Part shown: piece after piece, positions 48,806 to 55,600 of the stretch
How the letters are laid out: each line of letters opens with the position of its first letter
How positions within the stretch are numbered: the first letter of the stretch is position 1
From: Octopus bimaculoides
Taxonomy: Eukaryota
Direction: 5' to 3'
NCBI RefSeq assembly: GCF_001194135.2
Contig: NC_068993.1
Location: forward strand, 20,133,130 to 20,188,729
DNA length: 55,600 nt
The notes under the pieces: generated by a model
The model's input: only the letters and a program-made list of their open reading frames with translations
What the model was told of the DNA's origin: nothing
Database searches by the model: none
Made by a program: the position numbers and the translations under genes

Positions 48806-49239
48806 AAGAGAGAGCCACTTAGACATCACTCTCACTTTGTCTCTCTCTCTCACACACATACATAGAAAAATGATGTATGCATATGTATTTATGTATGTAC
48901 GAATACATGGCAACACACCCCTTCACTCTCTCTAAAACTTCAATTTATAAAAAAATCTCACTTGTGCATTATTTCGCCTGCAACGAATTAATATTGTTTA
49001 GGTAGTTGCTACGTCAATACCGGAAGTTGACACTGAAAACCTTTTTAAAGAAGTGAATTATATATATGAAACAATATTATCTATTTGTAGTAAAAAAATA
49101 AAATGAAGACTCTGTTATGTATCCCAAGGTGCCACGCAGTGGGAATGAACCCGGAACCATGTGGTTGGTAGGCAAGCTACTTACCACACAGCCACTCCAG
49201 CACCTGAATATTATTAATGTAATCGTTATTAATATCGGC

Positions 49240-49531
49240 TGCAAATTTTGAAACAAGACCACCAATTTCGGAAGAGGGACTAAGTCGATTAGATCGACAC
49301 CAGTGCTCAACTGGTACTTATTTTATCGACCCCGAAAGGATGAAAGGCAAAGTCGGCCCTGGCGGTATTTGACATTCCACCCAGTGTTCAGCTGGTACGT
49401 TTTTATCGACCCCGAAAGGATGACAGACGAAGTCGACTCCGGCGGAATTTGAACTCAGAACATAAAAAACGGACGAGATGCCGCTAAACATTTCGCCCGG
49501 CGTACTGACTATTCTGCCAGTTCGTCGCCTT
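49240..49531 (-). mobile_element. SINE family A cluster (two partial minus-strand copies)
   Basis: ttttatcgaccccgaaaggatga occurs at about 49321 and about 49400. Confidence 0.75.
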
Positions 49532-49560
49532 AGAATCGTTATCAGTAACAACATCCAAAA

Positions 49561-49770
49561 AGGGCGGTGAGCTTGTAGAATCGTTAGCACGCCGGACGAA
49601 ACGCTTAGCGGCATTTCTTGTATTTATGTTCCGAGTTCAAATTTCGCTATGGTCAACTTTGCCTTTTATCCTTTCTAGGTCCTTAAAACAAGCACCAGTT
49701 GAGCACTGGAGTCGAAGTAATCGATTTGACCCACCCCGAAACTGCTGGCCTTGTGTCAAAATTTGAAATC
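49561..49770 (+). mobile_element. SINE family A copy, inverted relative to 49380-49531
   Basis: agggcggtgagct.gtagaatcgttagcacgccggacgaaac... Confidence 0.75.
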
Positions 49771-51452
49771 AATATTAACAGCCAAACCCCAAAATAATGC
49801 CCCAAAACAGCAGCTTTGTAAGAAAACAAAAGCACGATGTTTTCTGAGAATAAGCCGATTTAACAATGAATAATTTTAATTCGACGATGATGCTGATTTT
49901 GCCAACAACAATATTGATTACATGATCTTTGTAGCATATCATATATATGCGGCATTAAGAATATGACAACCAAGCACTTCAGCCATAAGTTAAGACTAAG
50001 GACATCTATAAGCGTTAAGTGGAATTAGGAAGGCTATTGCTTCAAACTAAATATAAAGGAAGATCACTAAAGAAAATATATCTACACACACACACACACA
50101 CACATATATCAATCAATAGAGATTAGAACTAAAACGCAATCATGCCTTCAATATGAATGTCGAAAATATATTTAGTCGTGTATACGTCGCATTGTTCAAT
50201 AGTTGATTTTTAACTGGAGAAACAGACAGAAACAATGATAAAATATGAAAGGGGAAAAAATGTACCAAGATTTAACTCTAAAGAAGGAATGCGATTTATA
50301 CGCGAGTAAATAGGATACATATATGTACGTGTCTGTGCGAGTATAATTGCGTGTGCATGCATTTGTGTGGAGGGGGTGCGTGTAGGCTAACAATCAAAAT
50401 ATTTCATCTTATAGGCATGGCTGTGTGGTAAGAAGATTTTTTCATTCACATAACATTATGTCTATGTCCAGCCCGCAGCTTCCCTTTTTCTGTATGAGGC
50501 CTTTATAGTCAATTTTAAATGAAATAAAGAAGCTTGCTTCCGAACCACATGGTTCCGGATTCAGTCCCACTGCGTGGCACCTTGGCAAATGTCTTCTGCT
50601 ATAGCATCGGGTCTACCAAAGACTTGTGGGTGAACTTGGTAGACGGAAAGTGAAAGAAGCCCGCCATATATATATCTATATATATATATATANNNNNNNN
50701 NNNNNNNNNNNNNNNNNNNNNNNNNNNNNNNNNNNNNNNNNNNNNNNNNNNNNNNNNNNNNNNNNNNNNNNNNNNNNNNNNNNNNNNNNNNNTGAGTGTG
50801 TTTGTATTTATAAGTATTTTATATGAAAACGAAAGAACAGAGAGTTTAAAAATTTTTTGCTTATAGTTTCATATGATAATTTTAGTACCACACGCCAACA
50901 TTGGATGCCAGCTTTGGATGTAATACGTGGCTTGATTTATTACCACCAGTTGGGCCTTGGTGTTTGAAAGCATACTCACTCTGTTGTAAACATCCTTGGT
51001 CCAGGCTATTGATCTAACGTTTACTCATGAACAGTAGCGTAGCTAATGATGGTGGTGGGGCACCTGCTCTAAATGACTTTTTATGGGGGCGGTACATTTG
51101 GTCTGTTGTATAATCCTATGTAGGTTACGGAGTCCAAGGAAGGATGCGACAAAGTGAAGGGCTGTCCCACGGGAGTACATACTCTAGCTATACCACAGCC
51201 CCTGAGTTGTGATATTTTTACCGATTTCTTATAGGGTGTCCTACAAAATGAGAGCTGCCCTTCTTCTGACATAACCATGGAAAGAAAAAAATGGAAAAAA
51301 GAGAAGAAAATTGAAGCACTTCTCGTGGAAATTTTGTTCTAGATGATATAATAGTAACGAATCAAGGAAGGAGCCTCTACGTGACGCTTGACCTTCTAGA
51401 AGTAGAAGCCAGATCTTTCTTGAATCTAAAGGTCACATTGGATAATGTAGAT

Positions 51453-51801
51453 CAGTGATTCTCAACCAGGGTCCATGAGGTCTCTGAGGGTCCTTATAAA
51501 ATTTTAGGGGTCCATGCAGCAAAATAGAATGTTATGGATCCACAATAGTATTTTAAGGGCCTCTGGGAAAATTTTGATTTAGATGTATGTATTGGTATGT
51601 ATTGCAAGAAACAGCTAAGCATCTTCCTCTAGCATTTTACTTAGTTCAACCCAAACAAGTTAATGTATGAATAACAAAATAGGAATTTTAAAAGAAGCTT
51701 CTATAAAACTAGTTTTTAAACATCATTTGGCTAGTGTGGGTCCACCAGAATAAAATAGTAATCAAAGGGATTCATAGAGGAAAAGTGGTTAAAAACTTCT
51801 G
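51453..51801. mobile_element. hAT (Charlie-like) MITE
   Basis: 8-bp TSD ATGTAGAT (51445-51452, 51802-51809) and degenerate TIRs CAGTGATTCTCAACC / GGTTAAAAACTTCTG. Confidence 0.75.
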
Positions 51802-52643
51802 ATGTAGATCAACCAAGATACCCTATATCTGAGTAAAAGAGGGAGAGAGGGGTCACTGTTGAATCACTTTTGAGCATGTCTAGTCGCCTTGGTTGTTGAT
51901 TACACATAGATTAGCGCTGATCGAGTAGATTTGTTCCAAGTGTATTCCAATCATGACCAGTCCACCTTTTTAAGGATGTTTAGGATTAAAATACCTAATG
52001 CGTTCTTTCCTTTTTTTTCAAGTTTGGGAGTGGCTTTAGAGAGACTTGGCTGCTATGTCTAGCAGGTTGGGCAACCACGTAAAGATTCTCTAGTTGGCTT
52101 CATACTGTGTAGTGCATAGCAGAGTCAACAAACATCGTACGGGGAGCTTCTGCGGTATCTCAAGGCTATCGTGCTATCATGACCCAAAATTCTAGCTTTC
52201 ACCACTAAAAAATAAAGTAAAAAAAAAAAATGTTTACAGCGACAGTAACATTTTAAAAGCTGTAACATGTGCAATTGTCAAAATTTCTTTGCATATTAGA
52301 GCCTATTCAGTGAACATTTATTCATACATGAAGAGAAAAAAAGGAAGATAAGACAACGAGAAGGAAAGAGAAAAGAAATGTATGAATGTGTGTGTGCGTG
52401 TGTGTAACTGAGCGGGAAGGGGAAGGGAGAAAGGGAAGGAGAATAGTAGAAAGATGATAGTGAAGGAGGGAGATATAGAAGAGAGAGAGAGAGTGTAAGA
52501 AGGTGATAAATAAGGGTGTGGTTGCAAACGAGGGAAAGGAAGCATGTTTTGGTGCGCGTGCGCACATGTGTCTGTTTATGTGATTCTGCTGAACAAATAT
52601 ACTACAGGGCTACAAAAGAAAACCGGAGAAAGACAGATAATGA

Positions 52644-52683
<40 letters not shown>

Positions 52684-53019
52684 AAATTTTGGAACGGTTC
52701 GTTAGAAAGTGCATAAGGTTCAGACATATTGCCTCTATAAGTAAGTGAGCTTGCTATTACTTCCTGCCGAAACTGAGTTAGATAGATAAATGAAAGAAAG
52801 TATATTCGAAAGACAGAAAATAAATCTAGGAAGCCGGAGCAGAAAAAGAAAAAGCAGAGACTATAAAAACCTGTTCAAAATGAACGAAGGTAGAAAAAAT
52901 TAATGCAAAAAAAAGAAAGAAAGAAAGAAGAGAAAGGAGACAAATATGCAAGAAAGAACGAGAGAAAAGAAGAATGGGGATCTTTCTGATTTGGCGGACA
53001 CCATTTTTTATTTAGTTTT

Positions 53020-53158
53020 TATTTAGTGCGTTTTCTACCGAAACACATTAAAACTTCGTATACTTGTATATTTTGTCTTATAGAACAGAGAAAAAAATTT
53101 ATATTCGAAGTTATTTCATGTTAAAGATTGTCGTATTTCGGTAATTTCAACCAATGAA
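53020..53158 (-). mobile_element. Fragment of the same MITE family as 986-1527
   Basis: Resembles the reverse complement of about 1345-1480 (aacttcgtatactt...tatagaaca...ttcatgt...taatttcaaccaat). Confidence 0.6.
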
Positions 53159-54087
53159 AAATAAAATAAAATGAAATGAAAACAAATCAAAGAAAGAAAA
53201 AAGAATGAAAACAAGGTCGCTAACCTCTACATGTCGACATGTTTTTCGAGTTCAGGCTCACCGCTGCGCGTTATAAGGTGAGCTCACTATTGGAGCTGAG
53301 ACTTAAAATGAACAATGAAGAGGGAATATCATTGCATGTTTGATTGAATGATTTTGGAAATGAATAAACGAACGAAGGAAAGGAAACCTAAAAACAAAAG
53401 AATGCTTGACTGAAACAAGAAGGTAAAAAAAAAAAAGACAGAAAAAGGAACAAGGGAGTGAGGACCAAATTGTACATCAGTTGCAGTTGTATTTGGTAGG
53501 AAGTAAGCAGGACATATCTCTGGAATTAAATGTCCAGATGGTTTTTCTCATTACCACTGACATGTCTCTAAACAAACTTCTATACTCATGCTCGGCGCGC
53601 GTGTAAACTGAGAAACGATTGGGTATATAGTATCCCAGTGACCTCCCTTGATAGTGGGTTAACTTTACGATATTCGTTGACATGGCGTGTCATTTTGCTT
53701 ATTACTTCTTGCGATTTTCTCTCTTTATTCCTGTTGCTTAACATCAGCGAATGCGTTCGAGATTACATTTATCTAATGTTCCCTTTACTGCATGATTTGA
53801 ACGAGATTTGTCAGTCAATTTCATAGCAAGATGAATTACCGCGTAAGTGGCTTTCTTTTTGTATGGCTCATCAGTTTTTTACTGTGTTTGTTAGAATGGC
53901 AAAATTAAAAGAAAATTTATTTGACATTATCAAAGAGGAAAAAATTAATCTTTGGTATTTAATTAGAAAGAAAGAACAAAAGAATTGCAAAAGCTGTTTA
54001 AGTACAATCAGCCGTCACTCGCGATCGTGTATGACTTAGCAACATGTACATGCACCAGGACGAAAGACTATCTATAATATTCAGTCG

Positions 54088-54123
<36 letters not shown>

Positions 54124-54140
54124 GAGAGAGNNNNNNNNNN

Positions 54141-54173
<33 letters not shown>

Positions 54174-55069
54174 GAGAGAGAGAGAATGTATAGGTAGATA
54201 GATAGAGGTGGAGAGAGAAGAGTGTGCCTTTGTCAGAGAGAAACAAAGAGACAGAAGCAAATAATAAAAGAGAAATAGAACGAGTGAGTGGGTGAGTGAG
54301 TGAGTGAGTGAGTGAATGAGAAATGAAGACGGAGTATAAGTGAACAAGAGAGAGAGAGAGAGATTGTGAAAGAAACGCCACGAAAGGTGGGAGATAAAAA
54401 AGAGGAGGAGGAGGAAGAAAAGAAAACATTGACAAAAGAGCACACAAAAGCACAAAAGGAAAGGGAGAAAAAAATAGCAGAGAAATATATGACGATTTCG
54501 AAGATGAGGAGAGATGGCGGGGGAGGGGGGGATTATAGACCGAAAGAGTCGACAAAGAGCTATTTCTTGGGTTTTGGTGAATCTGAGAGAAAGCGTAGAG
54601 CTGATCGTAGGTTCACGTTTGAAAACAGCACTCTAGCTGAAAATAACATTGTCTATAGGAAAATTAAATCAAAGATAAATTGGTTTCCACAAGTGCACTC
54701 AACGACTCTTGTTTGTGTAAATATATATATACAGTAACACATACACTGGCAGCCATAACCGCAAACGCATACAATGCATTCAATGTTTAAGTGAACGCGG
54801 CGCGGGCGCGCGATTACACACACACACACAAGTAGACACACTCACGCAGAAACACACACGGATATTCATGTATATTTATATAGCAGTGATAGATAAAGAG
54901 AGAGAGGGGGGGGGCAGTAATAAATGTTTAACATATATTGCACTAAGATTACATATAGAAATGTTCAAGTATGTGCACTCAGATACACTGACATAAGCAT
55001 ACATGCTCCTTCGTGAATACATTTTTATTCACATATGTCTGTGTACACACACACAAACTTGTTCTATAG

Positions 55070-55104
<35 letters not shown>

Positions 55105-55477
55105 GGTATAGGTGTACTTATCTAAGCAGGTAAAGGTATATTCGGAGAGACCCATTTATAAATACATAGTTTACTGTTCCGTTATGGGCAAGATCAACAA
55201 AAAAAAAAAATACTCCATCCAATGAGGGAGGAATACATCATTTAATACACACAATATCAAAAATGAAGGCTACCAATAGTCTCATGCCACAGAGACACGC
55301 TAAATCAGCAGATTTCTATAACGTACTTTGTACCAGCGCCCTGGTTTCAGAATAGGACTGACGATGTGAAGTGAGCTTGAAAGATTGCTTGGAGACACAA
55401 GTCATGTTATATAAGTCTGCTGAATTACCGTGTTTCATTGGCATGAAACTATTAGCAGCTCTTATTTTGATGCAGTG

Positions 55478-55520
<43 letters not shown>

Positions 55521-55600
55521 AAGGCCTGAAATTTTGGGCAGAGGCTACTTGATTACACCGATGCCAGTGCGTAACTGATACTTTTCCCATAGACCTCGAA

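Noticed and set aside
1-55600. CRISPR arrays, rRNA genes, prokaryotic operons
   Set aside because: None seen. The sequence is intron-containing eukaryotic DNA, and the recurring motifs are dispersed SINEs rather than regularly spaced repeats.

Overview
Eukaryotic, AT-rich, microsatellite-dense genomic DNA with 12 assembly gaps. The SINE/MITE repertoire suggests an octopus or other coleoid cephalopod (inference). The one well-supported host gene is a minus-strand Delta-type Notch ligand. Seven phase-compatible GT-AG exons (44083 down to about 32475) encode the end of the MNNL/C2 domain, a DSL domain and nine EGF repeats, with no Serrate/Jagged VWC domain. Its N-terminal exons were not found, one exon runs into a gap, and its C-terminus is atypical: no clear transmembrane helix, a strong internal donor, and a candidate Lys-rich terminal exon ending ITPEI*. 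The rest is mostly mobile-element debris: several tRNA-head SINE families, Tc1/mariner/maT transposase pseudogenes, Merlin-, hAT- and piggyBac-type MITEs, a Helitron with a helicase remnant inside a Delta intron, and a 1.4-kb element with long inverted arms. The most striking non-coding observation is a pair of head-to-head SINE-like repeats at about 9.8-10.4 kb. Each carries a minimal type I hammerhead ribozyme motif, and the two copies differ by a compensatory base-pair change in stem I. All alignments and translations were done by eye; no database searches were run.
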